DNA of 40,974 bases from a virus (taxonomy: Duplodnaviria > Caudoviricetes), in the IMG/VR virus record IMGVR_UViG_3300032253_000228, positions 1-40,974 of that record. One strand, given 5' to 3'. The notes below the pieces were generated by a model. It was given only the letters and a program-made list of their open reading frames with translations. It was not told where the DNA came from and made no database searches. Position numbers and translations under genes: made by a program. How positions within the stretch are numbered: position 1 is the stretch's first letter; every line of letters begins with the position of its first letter. Below, one piece after another: positions 10,173-19,432 of the stretch.

Positions 10173-10531
10173 TTCGGTTTGTCCGTCGCCGGTTCATCCT
10201 CCGTCATGGAAACCATTAAGGATGTTAGCAATTCAATCGCGGGGGCAAGCAGACCAACGATGCCGTTATGGCCGAGGCACAACTCACCGAAAGGGACAAA
10301 CTCATAGCTGCTTTTCCACGCCATCGCCTCAGCGTCGTAGGTGCCAGTTCCACAGTACAAAACTGTAACAACCTCCCTGCCCCTCAAATGCCCGTCCTTG
10401 GCTTTGTCGAGAAGCGAGAAAACCGTTTCTGGTGCAAGGCGATCTTCGATTTCCATGAGGTTCGAAAAGGAAGGGGTAAGCTTGATCGCCTTACCCCTCA
10501 CTTGTAATTTGATATCACCGCGAAAACTCAT
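10103..10531 (-). CDS. Tail assembly chaperone G (GTA gp10-like)
   Basis: LTPSFSNLMEIEDRL motif; between tail tube and TMP. Confidence 0.8.
   Translation of the reverse strand: MSFRGDIKLQVRGKAIKLTPSFSNLMEIEDRLAPETVFSLLDKAKDGHLRGREVVTVLYCGTGTYDAEAMAWKSSYEFVPFGELCLGHNGIVGLLAPAIELLTSLMVSMTEDEPATDKPKKKPRTPRKKPAKKASVGKTSLK
10166..10172 (-). other. -1 ribosomal frameshift slippery heptamer A_AAA_AAG
   Basis: In-frame CCG AAA AAA AAG near the 3' end of chaperone G; a -1 shift joins the T ORF. Confidence 0.8.
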
Positions 10532-10966
10532 TTATGGGCCCGCTGTGAAGGTCACGACGCCGGAATTGTTCAGCGTAAAATCATAACTGTGCTCGCCGTT
10601 GAATTCACCGTTCTCGGACCAGTTTGTCGCAAAGAACTGACCTTCAAAGATATCACCAAATTCATTGATGATTTTGAACCAAGACCTTGTACGATTAAGG
10701 GCTGCGGTACGAAGAGCCGTCAATACCGCATCTCCTTCTTCCATCACACCCGAGCCGGTCACTTCCATAGATCGAAGACCAGCCAGCGTATCCGACCAGC
10801 CGCCTGAGGTTTTATCAGAAACGTCGATTGGCTCCATTGACAAATTCATGCCATTGGATCGCAATCCGCCTATTACTGCATAATCTGGAATTACATGATC
10901 CGCCGATTTATCCAAATGCACGACGTAAAATTCGCCGCGATACTTATCCCCCGTTGCCATTGGCAA
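10532..10966 (-). CDS. Major tail tube protein (TP901-1 family)
   Basis: IGGLRS, IDVSDKTSGGW, GLRSMEVTGSGV, GEFNGE motifs. Confidence 0.9.
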   Translation of the reverse strand: MPMATGDKYRGEFYVVHLDKSADHVIPDYAVIGGLRSNGMNLSMEPIDVSDKTSGGWSDTLAGLRSMEVTGSGVMEEGDAVLTALRTAALNRTRSWFKIINEFGDIFEGQFFATNWSENGEFNGEHSYDFTLNNSGVVTFTAGP

Positions 10967-10971
10967 TACTC

Positions 10972-11391
10972 CTATTTGTTAGTGAAGGCACGACATCGCA
11001 TGACACCGTGATAAAGATCGCCATTCTCTTCAGTGAATGACTCCGAAAACTCCCAGCGGAATTCTGAGACTGTGCCGCTATCGAGCGTTAGCGGTTGCCG
11101 GTCGGTTGCCTGTTCCACCGCCGCCATGATTTTTTTGAGGTCTTTACGGCCCCGGTTGCCGCCTTGGGCTGTTCGTGCCGCAGCAAAGATATGAAGGGTT
11201 AAAGTGTGCTGGTAATGCTGTCGTGTCTTGGTGCCGTCCGCCGTCGTTGTATCGTCTCCAATCACAACATACGGTAACTCGTCAGAGCCGTTCGGCGCAT
11301 CGTGAACACCTGTTATCAAGGCCGTCAAAGGGACGTCAGCCGTCAATTTTGCATAGATAGCCTTCTGCAAGGCCCAAGCATTGCTAGACAT
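10972..11391 (-). CDS. Tail completion/terminator protein (DUF3168)
   Basis: ALQKAIYAKL, HDAP, PYVVIG, HGVMR motifs. Confidence 0.88.
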   Translation of the reverse strand: MSSNAWALQKAIYAKLTADVPLTALITGVHDAPNGSDELPYVVIGDDTTTADGTKTRQHYQHTLTLHIFAAARTAQGGNRGRKDLKKIMAAVEQATDRQPLTLDSGTVSEFRWEFSESFTEENGDLYHGVMRCRAFTNK

Positions 11392-11444
11392 TCGAAGAAC
11401 CTTTTCTATTGATCTACGGGTGTTTTTTGAATTATGGTTCGCGC

Positions 11445-11771
11445 ATGAAGAAAATTATTTTAATATCTATGCTCGTTTTAGCAGGATGTACTCAGGCCCA
11501 AGAACTCAACATCATGCGTGATGATCGCCGCGTTGTGGTCGAAGCGTCATCTTCTGAAAAATTTGATTACGTTGTGAAGGTCCGGAACGAAATGGCCGGT
11601 TACTATGACTTTGACAAAAAGGAAGATCGCGTTCGCGTGGCCAATGATTATCTGAAAGACCAATGCCCGGGACTGAAGGTTATTGAAGAGCGAAAAGTGA
11701 TTACCGGAGAATACATCACCGGCTCGCCATCCATCACCTACAGCCTGTTGATCAAGTGTGAGAGGCGTTAG
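11445..11771 (+). CDS. Counter-oriented lipoprotein (moron; superinfection-exclusion candidate)
   Basis: MKKIILISMLVLAGC lipobox; antisense to the tail operon. Confidence 0.75.
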   Translation: MKKIILISMLVLAGCTQAQELNIMRDDRRVVVEASSSEKFDYVVKVRNEMAGYYDFDKKEDRVRVANDYLKDQCPGLKVIEERKVITGEYITGSPSITYSLLIKCERR

Positions 11772-11775
11772 GATA

Positions 11776-12156
11776 ATGAAAACGTTTTTCAAAAGTATGT
11801 TCTACACGTCTCTTACTCTGCTCGCTCTTCTTCTTGTTGTGATTGTGTATAAAGGGAGTGACGACTCTCCAACAGACGCGTATCAGAAAGAAAAAGACCG
11901 AATTGCCGGATTTCATTGTCTGAGCTCTTGGGACGGTTCACATCGACAGCTTGAAAGAGACATAAAAAACAGATTGAAAGACCCTGACAGCTACGAGCAT
12001 ATTGAAACAAGTATTACGCCCGTTAATACGCAGGGCACTCATACTTTATACACCTCATTTAGAGCACGAAACGGGTTTGGCGGAATGACAATCACCAACG
12101 TTGTGGCAACTGTCAATAATAGTGATTGCACCGCGACGATAATATCAATGGAGTAA
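11776..12156 (+). CDS. Membrane-anchored periplasmic protein (moron)
   Basis: N-terminal TM helix; LKDPDSYEHIET and FRARNGFGG motifs. Confidence 0.75.
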   Translation: MKTFFKSMFYTSLTLLALLLVVIVYKGSDDSPTDAYQKEKDRIAGFHCLSSWDGSHRQLERDIKNRLKDPDSYEHIETSITPVNTQGTHTLYTSFRARNGFGGMTITNVVATVNNSDCTATIISME

Positions 12157-12157
12157 C

Positions 12158-12619
12158 CTACTTCTTCCGAGCTTTTCGCCCAGCGCGCCGGATTGCATTT
12201 ATAATCCTGCGTTTTAATTTCGGTTTCTCTTCCTCAAACGTTGGCCCAAGAACCGGCCTTGCCGCCATTTTTGATGTTCCAAATTCCAAGTCTTTCGCAT
12301 ATCCAACACCCGAGATGCTGACTTTAGCCCCGAGACCGTCGATATCAACGCTATGGCCGACAGCGGACATCAACCGGCCTGTATCACCGGCTGGCGGTTC
12401 TCCTGGCAATGATACTTGGTGAACGCGGGTCGGATCATACCGAATGACTGTCTTCCCGCCACCACGCTGCCGGATTTTATTTTTAACCTCGGCATTAATA
12501 GCAAATGCTGCCTTTTTGAATTCGCCCGAAAGTTCCTTCTCGATTTTGTCTCCGAGCCGCTTCAACGTCCTGTCGAGAGAACGATGTTTAACTTTTCCAA
12601 AGAACCGGCTTCTCGCCAT
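12158..12619 (-). CDS. HK97 gp10-like neck/tail component
   Basis: PGEPPAGDTGRL, YAKDLEFGTSKMAARP motifs. Confidence 0.9.
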   Translation of the reverse strand: MARSRFFGKVKHRSLDRTLKRLGDKIEKELSGEFKKAAFAINAEVKNKIRQRGGGKTVIRYDPTRVHQVSLPGEPPAGDTGRLMSAVGHSVDIDGLGAKVSISGVGYAKDLEFGTSKMAARPVLGPTFEEEKPKLKRRIINAIRRAGRKARKK

Positions 12620-12939
12620 TACGCCGCCCGCTCCTTGACCTTGATTTCCAGAAACCTGTTTCGCTCTTCAATATTCTTGATCGACAGAATATCGAAGACC
12701 CGTCCTTTATGATCGAACCAACAATCACGGTTCAGGTCTTTACGATATCGTATTGTAATTTTGTGCGTGATCACCTGCTTAAGGGCCGCTGCCGATTGCA
12801 CTGCATAATCACTCGCTGGCTTTATATCGCACCATGAGCGGCCCACCATCTGGGGCGCCGTATCATTTCCGCCGCCGCCGTCTGGCGTCTCCACAGCCTT
12901 ATAGACGGTTACAAGCTTGTTCATCTTTCCGATCTTCAT
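12619..12939 (-). CDS. Head closure protein (SPP1 gp16-like)
   Basis: IGKMNK, DGGGG, THKITIRYR, FDILSI motifs. Confidence 0.88.
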   Translation of the reverse strand: MKIGKMNKLVTVYKAVETPDGGGGNDTAPQMVGRSWCDIKPASDYAVQSAAALKQVITHKITIRYRKDLNRDCWFDHKGRVFDILSIKNIEERNRFLEIKVKERAA

Positions 12940-13550
12940 AGCCTTAGCACCCTCCAAGAATTGAGCAGAGGTTTGGCAATGGCTGGAACCACCCCGTCGC
13001 CGCCCCGCTTTTCATAAAGCTCGACAAAGCTATGAAGAATTGCTGTTCTGATAGCGGGATTGACCGCAGCCGGATCGGCACCATATCCGGCCACATAATC
13101 AATTTGGATGCCATCTATATCGCGCCCCGGTATCGGCCATGTACCGACCGGATGAAGCTTGGCTCCCATAGTATCAAGCTCAAGCTGATAACTGGCGGTA
13201 TCGACGATACTTGACTGGTTATCAGCATCAAAAACTCGAACCTCAGAAATGGAAACGGTTGGTGGTTTCGGCAACTCGACCGCAGCACTGGCAACCAAAG
13301 ACGATATCGGCCCGTCTCGAACGCCGTCCCACCATTCAGACCCGTTCGGTACTTCCGGCCAATCATTGAGGCTCAAGGTGTACGTTCGGTTGATCAATGC
13401 CCTGCCGATATAGGCCTCGACAAGCTCAGTTGCCGACCCGATAAACAACTCGATTATCTCAACCTTGTCGTCATCAATTTTAGCAAACTCTATTGCCGTT
13501 TCGACTTCGACAGGTAGCTTTTCCGGTGCCGTTTTTATCGCCAGTTTCAT
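12936..13550 (-). CDS. Head-tail connector/adaptor
   Basis: ATELVEAYIGRALI, IDYVAGYG, YEKRG motifs. Confidence 0.88.
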   Translation of the reverse strand: MKLAIKTAPEKLPVEVETAIEFAKIDDDKVEIIELFIGSATELVEAYIGRALINRTYTLSLNDWPEVPNGSEWWDGVRDGPISSLVASAAVELPKPPTVSISEVRVFDADNQSSIVDTASYQLELDTMGAKLHPVGTWPIPGRDIDGIQIDYVAGYGADPAAVNPAIRTAILHSFVELYEKRGGDGVVPAIAKPLLNSWRVLRL

Positions 13551-13552
13551 GA

Positions 13553-13882
13553 CTATTTCTCCTTGATCCGGAGACGAAGAGTTTCTTTCAACTCACGGCC
13601 CGACGTTGTGGTCACAGCATGAACAATATCGATCTTTTGCCCGCCCAAGGCGGCAAGACAGGCCGCAGCATCATTGCAATCAAACCAGACGACAGCCTTC
13701 ATGTTGGCAGCGGCGGTGACGGCGACTACAACGGTTAGTCCCGCATCAATCGCCACCTGAGGCAAAGTAAAATTCACAGCCGACAGGGTGTCTCCCGTTG
13801 CTTCAAGCTCGAGGGTCCAGTCGCGGCTATAGTCCTTTTTTTCTGCCGGATCGTAAGGCGCGGACCAAATGGCAAAAGACAT
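13553..13882 (-). CDS. Virion fibre adaptor-like protein
   Basis: DPAEKKDY.DW and VTTTSGR motifs seen in small phage Ig-like adaptors. Confidence 0.55.
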   Translation of the reverse strand: MSFAIWSAPYDPAEKKDYSRDWTLELEATGDTLSAVNFTLPQVAIDAGLTVVVAVTAAANMKAVVWFDCNDAAACLAALGGQKIDIVHAVTTTSGRELKETLRLRIKEK

Positions 13883-13894
13883 GCTTTCGGCTCC

Positions 13895-14077
13895 TTATGC
13901 TTCAAGGTCAGAAATGCGCCGCTTCACATTTGCAACCCGAGCTTCGAGTGTTGGAAGCTTTTCCTTCAACCGAGCAAGCTCACGCGTATTTCCGAGCTTG
14001 ATCTTTGCCTCGGCCGCATCAAGATCGGCGCGGGCCTGAGACACTTCATTCAGGTTTTTAGGTCGGTTCATTGACAT
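13895..14077 (-). CDS. Small coiled-coil hypothetical protein
   Basis: ORF with RBS in operon context. Confidence 0.6.
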   Translation of the reverse strand: MSMNRPKNLNEVSQARADLDAAEAKIKLGNTRELARLKEKLPTLEARVANVKRRISDLEA

Positions 14078-14110
14078 TGCGGTTTTCCCCCAAGTTTTCA
14101 GAGTTGAAAT

Positions 14111-14560
14111 TTATACGCGGAGTGCGTCAAACAATCCGCTGGCATTAATCGCGATATCAAAGTCACCGGCTGTCGAGCTCTGTACCGCTGTGCCGTTTGT
14201 GTCGTCCAGATCCATACCGCCCAGAATTAGATCCCCAGCCAATAGCCCGCCGGACGTGCCGACAATTATGTATAGCCACTTGGCCGTGATCGTGACCGCA
14301 TTACCAAAATCGATATCAGCACAATCAAATTTCATGCCGTTCGTTATTTGATTGACGACCTGTCCACTAATTGCAACTTGCGCATAACCGACATCAGCGA
14401 TCTCGTTTGCTGAAATGTCAGACAAAATCGCATCGAGCGGATTCCAAGCATGCGTTGCCGACAACAGGATCGCCGTCATATTGTCAGCATCAAGATCGAT
14501 ATTGCCGTTAAAAATATTCTCGACTGCATTATCAACCAGATTGAATTTACCTACCGCCAT
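14111..14560 (-). CDS. Virion structural protein (fibre module subunit)
   Basis: IDLDAD..AILL, GYA, FDCADI.F motifs typical of beta-rich phage fibre proteins. Confidence 0.6.
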   Translation of the reverse strand: MAVGKFNLVDNAVENIFNGNIDLDADNMTAILLSATHAWNPLDAILSDISANEIADVGYAQVAISGQVVNQITNGMKFDCADIDFGNAVTITAKWLYIIVGTSGGLLAGDLILGGMDLDDTNGTAVQSSTAGDFDIAINASGLFDALRV

Positions 14561-14584
14561 GGCGACAACTCCCCGTAATAAAGG

Positions 14585-16501
14585 TTAAAGACTGCGGACT
14601 TCGGCGTCCAAAAGAAGCTCTCGGGATTCTTCCTCGTTGGAAATCTCCCGCAGCTCTGCTCTCATAATGATTGTTCGATCGGGGCTTGGCGTAATCTCAA
14701 CCGTCAGCACATAGGCTGCATAGCCGTTAATCGACATCCTTCCAGCGCTCGGAAACAGTCGGACACCTGATTTCAACAGTCCGGCATATCCGGATAGTTG
14801 CACCGCACCCTTTTGGCTCTGCCCGTTAAAGTTAGCGCTAACGATTGAAGAACCGGCGAGACCCACTAGCGACAGGCCACCCTTAACGGACGTCAGCCGC
14901 ACCTCGCCAGAGACAAGAAGCGATCCCGCCCGACCGTTGAGCGAGATATTCCCTTTGGAGGCCTGAAGGATGCAGCCGGCCACCAGCGCGGCTGTCTTAC
15001 CTTGAAGCGTGATTTCGCCTTTTGTGGTGGTGATCGAAACCCTATTGCTCGCCAATATGCTGGACGCTTTGCCCGTCAGAGACAAAACGCCTTTTTGCGA
15101 TGTAACGAGTACATTCCCGCCAGTCGTCACGCTGGATATAGTGCCGTTGATTTCAACAACACCCTTTTGCGCGGTCAGACGAACAGCATCACTGGTCGTC
15201 ACCGATCCAGTTTTACCAGTTATAGACACGGAGCCTTTCTGAGCAACCTCTACAACAGATGAGTTGACGAGCGTACTCGCCACTTTTCCGAATAGAGATA
15301 CAGTTCCTTTCAAGGCTGTCAGCGAGACATTGACAACCGCCGTTGCCAGCGAGCATACCGCTCCCCGGAAATTCGCAACGCCAATAGTCCGAGGCTCCCC
15401 GAACACGTCATTCGCGGGGGTTAAGCTGAAATCAACTTCTGCCGCATTGACGACCAAGGCCGACGATGAGGCTAGCGGCTGAATATCAGCGGTAGCGAGG
15501 CTGGATACGTCCGTCACCAGATCAACACCGTTGGAAATTGTCCCTGCTTGCGTTGGGAACTGTATTCCGGCTGTGCCGTCAGAGGAAACATTGCCGGTGC
15601 AAGTGGTTAGAGTGACCACACCCACGCCTGTATAGTCTGTCAAATTACCAACGCCTACACAGTTTGTTAGTCGTGATCCTGATGTATTGTTGATCCAATA
15701 ACCTGTACTAACGCCATTCAGATCAACGGCTAAGCAGTTTTCAAGTTCTCCTCCCCAAGGTACACTGAATAATGTGGTCCCCGCCGTACTTCCAGAAATA
15801 GCTATGCAGTTTTCAAGCCGACCTTGACCGCTATCGAACAAGTTCCGACCTGATAAATTTGCAGCGGCCTGCACGAGGCAGCCGGAAATCAAAGCACCAT
15901 TTGGCGTCGATTTAAAACCATAAGAATTTGATGCGTTGGTTTTAGCTTGAATATTTAGGACTTCACAATATCCACATCCAGAATTCAACAAAATCACCTG
16001 AACGTATTTATTGTTGATAATCGCGGTACCGTAATTTTCGTCAAAACGAACAGGATCAACACCACGTTCGATATTTTCCCAAATGGAATCCCCTGCCGGC
16101 GGGCTAATCACCATTCTATTTGTTGCAGATGTCCCTTCAGCAAAATCAATAGTTGAGCTCGTTGATCCTTGCCAATAAGCCCCTCTCCGGTCATGCCAGA
16201 TATAGACTGTCCAGTTCTCGTTATCAGTGACCAGAGTGTCCGATATACCAACCCCGATATCAGCAATAAAATCTGTATGGATGGCATAATCCTGCACACA
16301 GAGGAATTTCCACGTAACGGTTCCATCCACCACGATATCGCCAACCGTGGCGAATAGCGGCGAGGTACCTCCCGTGGTTCCGGCCACCGTGCACTCGATC
16401 AGCTGCGCTGTACCGGTCAACCGTCTATCACCGAGCGTCACCGCTTGGGTAGCAGCCCAAGGATCTGCCGCGCAAATGTTATATGTGATTTCAGTCGCCA
16501 T
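14585..16501 (-). CDS. Large head/neck fibre protein with beta-helix domain and C-terminal repeats
   Basis: N-terminal WAAT..CTVAGTTG..DGTVTW module; repeated LENC-type beta-helix rungs; about 12 KGxxSLxG repeats. Confidence 0.6.
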   Translation of the reverse strand: MATEITYNICAADPWAATQAVTLGDRRLTGTAQLIECTVAGTTGGTSPLFATVGDIVVDGTVTWKFLCVQDYAIHTDFIADIGVGISDTLVTDNENWTVYIWHDRRGAYWQGSTSSTIDFAEGTSATNRMVISPPAGDSIWENIERGVDPVRFDENYGTAIINNKYVQVILLNSGCGYCEVLNIQAKTNASNSYGFKSTPNGALISGCLVQAAANLSGRNLFDSGQGRLENCIAISGSTAGTTLFSVPWGGELENCLAVDLNGVSTGYWINNTSGSRLTNCVGVGNLTDYTGVGVVTLTTCTGNVSSDGTAGIQFPTQAGTISNGVDLVTDVSSLATADIQPLASSSALVVNAAEVDFSLTPANDVFGEPRTIGVANFRGAVCSLATAVVNVSLTALKGTVSLFGKVASTLVNSSVVEVAQKGSVSITGKTGSVTTSDAVRLTAQKGVVEINGTISSVTTGGNVLVTSQKGVLSLTGKASSILASNRVSITTTKGEITLQGKTAALVAGCILQASKGNISLNGRAGSLLVSGEVRLTSVKGGLSLVGLAGSSIVSANFNGQSQKGAVQLSGYAGLLKSGVRLFPSAGRMSINGYAAYVLTVEITPSPDRTIIMRAELREISNEEESRELLLDAEVRSL

Positions 16502-16944
16502 TACAGGTCAGCCACCGTAAAAAGCCCCAAGTCATCCACCAGTACGCTCGCAAGTGCCGCGCGGTCGGTCACAATCTCGCCATTGGTGATCAATTCTGCT
16601 TGCCGCTCTGGCGATATAGCAGATGCTTCAAAACCCCAGCGGCGGTTATATACGATTTCATCGTCCGGATTGGCTTCCGTGATCTCTGGAAAGGGCGCAA
16701 CAAGCTTTTCGGCTTGTTCGTCCGTCAAATCTGTAATTTCCACAATGACGAATGCCAGAGGGAAATCAGCCGCCGCACGTCCTGCTTTAAGCCATTTCTG
16801 CTTACTCTGGCGGATACCCACATCATCCCGACTTTTCAGCACCCGAACCACATCGCCGCGATTGATCCGCGTGGCCGTTTCTTCAGCAACGGTTGCGGCA
16901 TGCTGGTTTTTGTTAAAGGCCATTTGAACAAGGATAAGAGCCAT
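16501..16944 (-). CDS. Hypothetical protein of the fibre module
   Basis: TAATG-coupled to the fibre gene; RGDVV motif. Confidence 0.6.
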   Translation of the reverse strand: MALILVQMAFNKNQHAATVAEETATRINRGDVVRVLKSRDDVGIRQSKQKWLKAGRAAADFPLAFVIVEITDLTDEQAEKLVAPFPEITEANPDDEIVYNRRWGFEASAISPERQAELITNGEIVTDRAALASVLVDDLGLFTVADL

Positions 16945-17304
16945 TTATTTAACCCTTCCGAGAACAAGCTGATATCCGTAGCCGGGGTATCCGTTCAACC
17001 TCAAACGAGTCCCTGCCAACTTATGACGGACGCGAGAGGCAATAACACGGGCGGTGCCTTCCTGCCCCTGCTTCAGCTGGTGAATTGGATATAGCCGGTC
17101 CATTATTTGAGTGATGGTCACGAAATTCGGCATATCCCGAAAAAGCCGCCGGAACAGTTTCATTTCTGATGGCGTCAACTCTATGACGGCTTTGTCCACC
17201 CGCAAAAAGGGACTGTTTTCGAACAACTCTACCGGAACACTTTTAGACCAATTGCGGGAAATCTCGAACTGGTCGGACCCGCAACATTTGCAAATCTTTG
17301 CCAT
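16945..17304 (-). CDS. Orphan OmpR/PhoB-type winged-helix protein with N-terminal CKCC
   Basis: IELTPSEMKLF..L, RVRHKL, GYGYQL effector-domain motifs; no receiver domain. Confidence 0.8.
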   Translation of the reverse strand: MAKICKCCGSDQFEISRNWSKSVPVELFENSPFLRVDKAVIELTPSEMKLFRRLFRDMPNFVTITQIMDRLYPIHQLKQGQEGTARVIASRVRHKLAGTRLRLNGYPGYGYQLVLGRVK

Positions 17305-17327
17305 AACGACACCCCTAATGGCCGATA

Positions 17328-17528
17328 TTACTTGTTGCTATCAGGCCCGCCGCCGTCCTTATTCTCCGGGGCATTTGCCTTCTTTGTGAATTTCACAGCC
17401 TTCTTGGCATCAAGCGCACATTCGGCATATCTGCCTTCGAGGACATCGCCAGATTTTGCGACAGTTTTTGTGTATCCATCTGGATAATATGTGAAGGTTT
17501 CGCCGTCTTTGATCTGCGCCTTTGTCAT
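17328..17528 (-). CDS. Small capsid-associated hypothetical protein
   Basis: C-terminal APENK motif common after capsid genes; GGAG RBS. Confidence 0.65.
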   Translation of the reverse strand: MTKAQIKDGETFTYYPDGYTKTVAKSGDVLEGRYAECALDAKKAVKFTKKANAPENKDGGGPDSNK

Positions 17529-17551
17529 ATTTCTTACTCCTGAGATTTTGA

Positions 17552-17579
17552 AGGAAATGAGCGACCCGAAAGCCGCTCA
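17552..17579 (-). terminator. Hairpin / probable intrinsic terminator
   Basis: TGAGCGGCT-TTCG-GGTCGCTCA followed by TTTCCTT. Confidence 0.55.
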
Positions 17580-17597
17580 AGCTATAATCACCAGCGC

Positions 17598-18008
17598 TTA
17601 GGTCTTGCCGATCATTTCAGGTCGCAGGATGGCCACGCCAGACAACAGGGCTGCCGCTGTATTTGCCGCCGGTGTAATCGTCATGCGGACATAACGCTTG
17701 GTGCCGACATACCCGATCTGATTAACCGTATCGTCATCGGTTGCGACGAATGAAGCTGCCGCCTCGGTACCGACAAGATCGCCATCGGCAACCGCAGCGG
17801 CGTCCGACATATCAGAGGCATCGCCTTCTTCAATCAAAACGGTAAAAGTCGCATCAACATCGGCAAGAGAACCGGCCGCCGGTACAAACAGACAGCCCTG
17901 ATAACCTTGAAGATCGATGATATTGCCAACTTGCGCAGTGTCGTCGGCAACTGAAACAGGTGAAAGTGCGGCAGTTGCAAGCAACGCCGTTGAGATATCA
18001 CGGAGCAT
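17598..18008 (-). CDS. Capsid decoration/cement protein
   Basis: IDLQGY, GYVGTKRYVR motifs; directly after MCP. Confidence 0.7.
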   Translation of the reverse strand: MLRDISTALLATAALSPVSVADDTAQVGNIIDLQGYQGCLFVPAAGSLADVDATFTVLIEEGDASDMSDAAAVADGDLVGTEAAASFVATDDDTVNQIGYVGTKRYVRMTITPAANTAAALLSGVAILRPEMIGKT

Positions 18009-18042
18009 AATTGTTCCCCTTTAAAATTTGCGAATATATTGA

Positions 18043-18070
18043 GAAAAGTCCGCCCGAAATCCGGACGGGC
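18043..18070 (-). terminator. Intrinsic terminator after major capsid gene
   Basis: CCGTCCG-GATTT-CGGGCGG then ACTTTT on the - strand. Confidence 0.5.
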
Positions 18071-18080
18071 TCTCAGGTGA

Positions 18081-19421
18081 TTAAGCTGAAACCTTCAACA
18101 GTTTCACAGCCTCGCCGTTGGTAAGGCCACCGCCCACACGTTTGGTTGTGTAGAACTGCACCCAAGGCTTGGCAGAGAATGGATCGCGAAGAGTCCGGAT
18201 GCCGATCCGGTCAACAATCATATAAGCCTCGCGGAAATCACCGAATGCGAGAGGGAAGGCATCGGCGGCAATGCCCGGCATATCTTCGCCTTCGAACACA
18301 CCAAAGCCAGCAAGCAAAGACGGTTGCCCGGCCTGTGCGGATGGCTGCCACAGATAGTTGCCGTCACCGTCCTTCAGTTTTCGAACGGTGCCCACTGTCG
18401 CGCGATTGCACAGGAAGCGAGCATTGTTACGATAAGATGCTTTCAGCGAGTAAATCAGGTCAATGATTTTATCGTAAGCGGCAGTACCGGCCCCGATCGT
18501 GTTGGCGTTTCCTGAGACGATATATTGCAACACGTCCCACTTACGGCCAGCAGAATCAGCGTCTGCGCTTGTTCCGTAAGATAGTAACCCACGAGGCTTC
18601 AAAGTACCGTTGCCGGTAAGGAAGGCTGCATTTTCAATGCGGGCGAACTTGTCAGCAACCTTATCCGCGAGCCAACCTTCAACACCAAACTGGGCATCGT
18701 CGAGCAAGGTTTGTGAGGCCTTTGGGTTTGCGTAGATTTCATGAACTGGAATTTCCAGTTCGCCAATTCCTGGCGTATTGGTTCCGGTCCGATCTTGACG
18801 CTCCCCGACCCAACCAGCATCAGCTTCGTCATTGTCAATCGACAGCTTTACTCGGTCCGTACCGATTGAAATCACCGAGCAAATCTGACGCATCGCCGTT
18901 GTCTCGTAGACTTTTTGCAAAATCCGATTTGACATGGTCGGAGCGACAAAGAAACCACCTTCCGGATCAGTCGCGAGAGACAACGCTTTTCGTGTCTCTT
19001 CCCCAAGGTTTAACCCTTGAGGATCACCAGACTTGCGCAGATAATCATCAAACGCTTTTGTGTATGCCCGATATTCATCAAGCTTCACATCTTCCGGAGC
19101 GATAACTTTGCCTGTTTTGATGGAGTAAAGCTGCGCGGCATGTTTGCGGGCGTCTTTATCATCGTCATTAGCAGGGGCCGCCGCCATCCGGTTCATGGCT
19201 GTTTCAACTTCTTCAAGTTGCTTTTTCAGCCCTTCGATTTCATCAAGGCGACCGTTGATTTTTGAGAGTTTTTCTTCTGTATCAGATGTTACTTGACCGT
19301 ACTTTTTAACCTCGGACAGAGCTTCATCATTGGCCGCTTTGTAATCCTCAAAGTTTTTGTTGAGGGCTGCAACGGCCTGTGTGGCTGTTTGAATTTGTTC
19401 TTTCAATACTACGTCTGGCAT
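18081..19421 (-). CDS. Major capsid protein, HK97 family
   Basis: N-terminal coiled-coil delta domain; GGFFV, AFLTGNGTLKPRG, FGDF, KRVGG motifs. Confidence 0.97.
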   Translation of the reverse strand: MPDVVLKEQIQTATQAVAALNKNFEDYKAANDEALSEVKKYGQVTSDTEEKLSKINGRLDEIEGLKKQLEEVETAMNRMAAAPANDDDKDARKHAAQLYSIKTGKVIAPEDVKLDEYRAYTKAFDDYLRKSGDPQGLNLGEETRKALSLATDPEGGFFVAPTMSNRILQKVYETTAMRQICSVISIGTDRVKLSIDNDEADAGWVGERQDRTGTNTPGIGELEIPVHEIYANPKASQTLLDDAQFGVEGWLADKVADKFARIENAAFLTGNGTLKPRGLLSYGTSADADSAGRKWDVLQYIVSGNANTIGAGTAAYDKIIDLIYSLKASYRNNARFLCNRATVGTVRKLKDGDGNYLWQPSAQAGQPSLLAGFGVFEGEDMPGIAADAFPLAFGDFREAYMIVDRIGIRTLRDPFSAKPWVQFYTTKRVGGGLTNGEAVKLLKVSA

Positions 19422-19432
19422 GATTATGCCTC

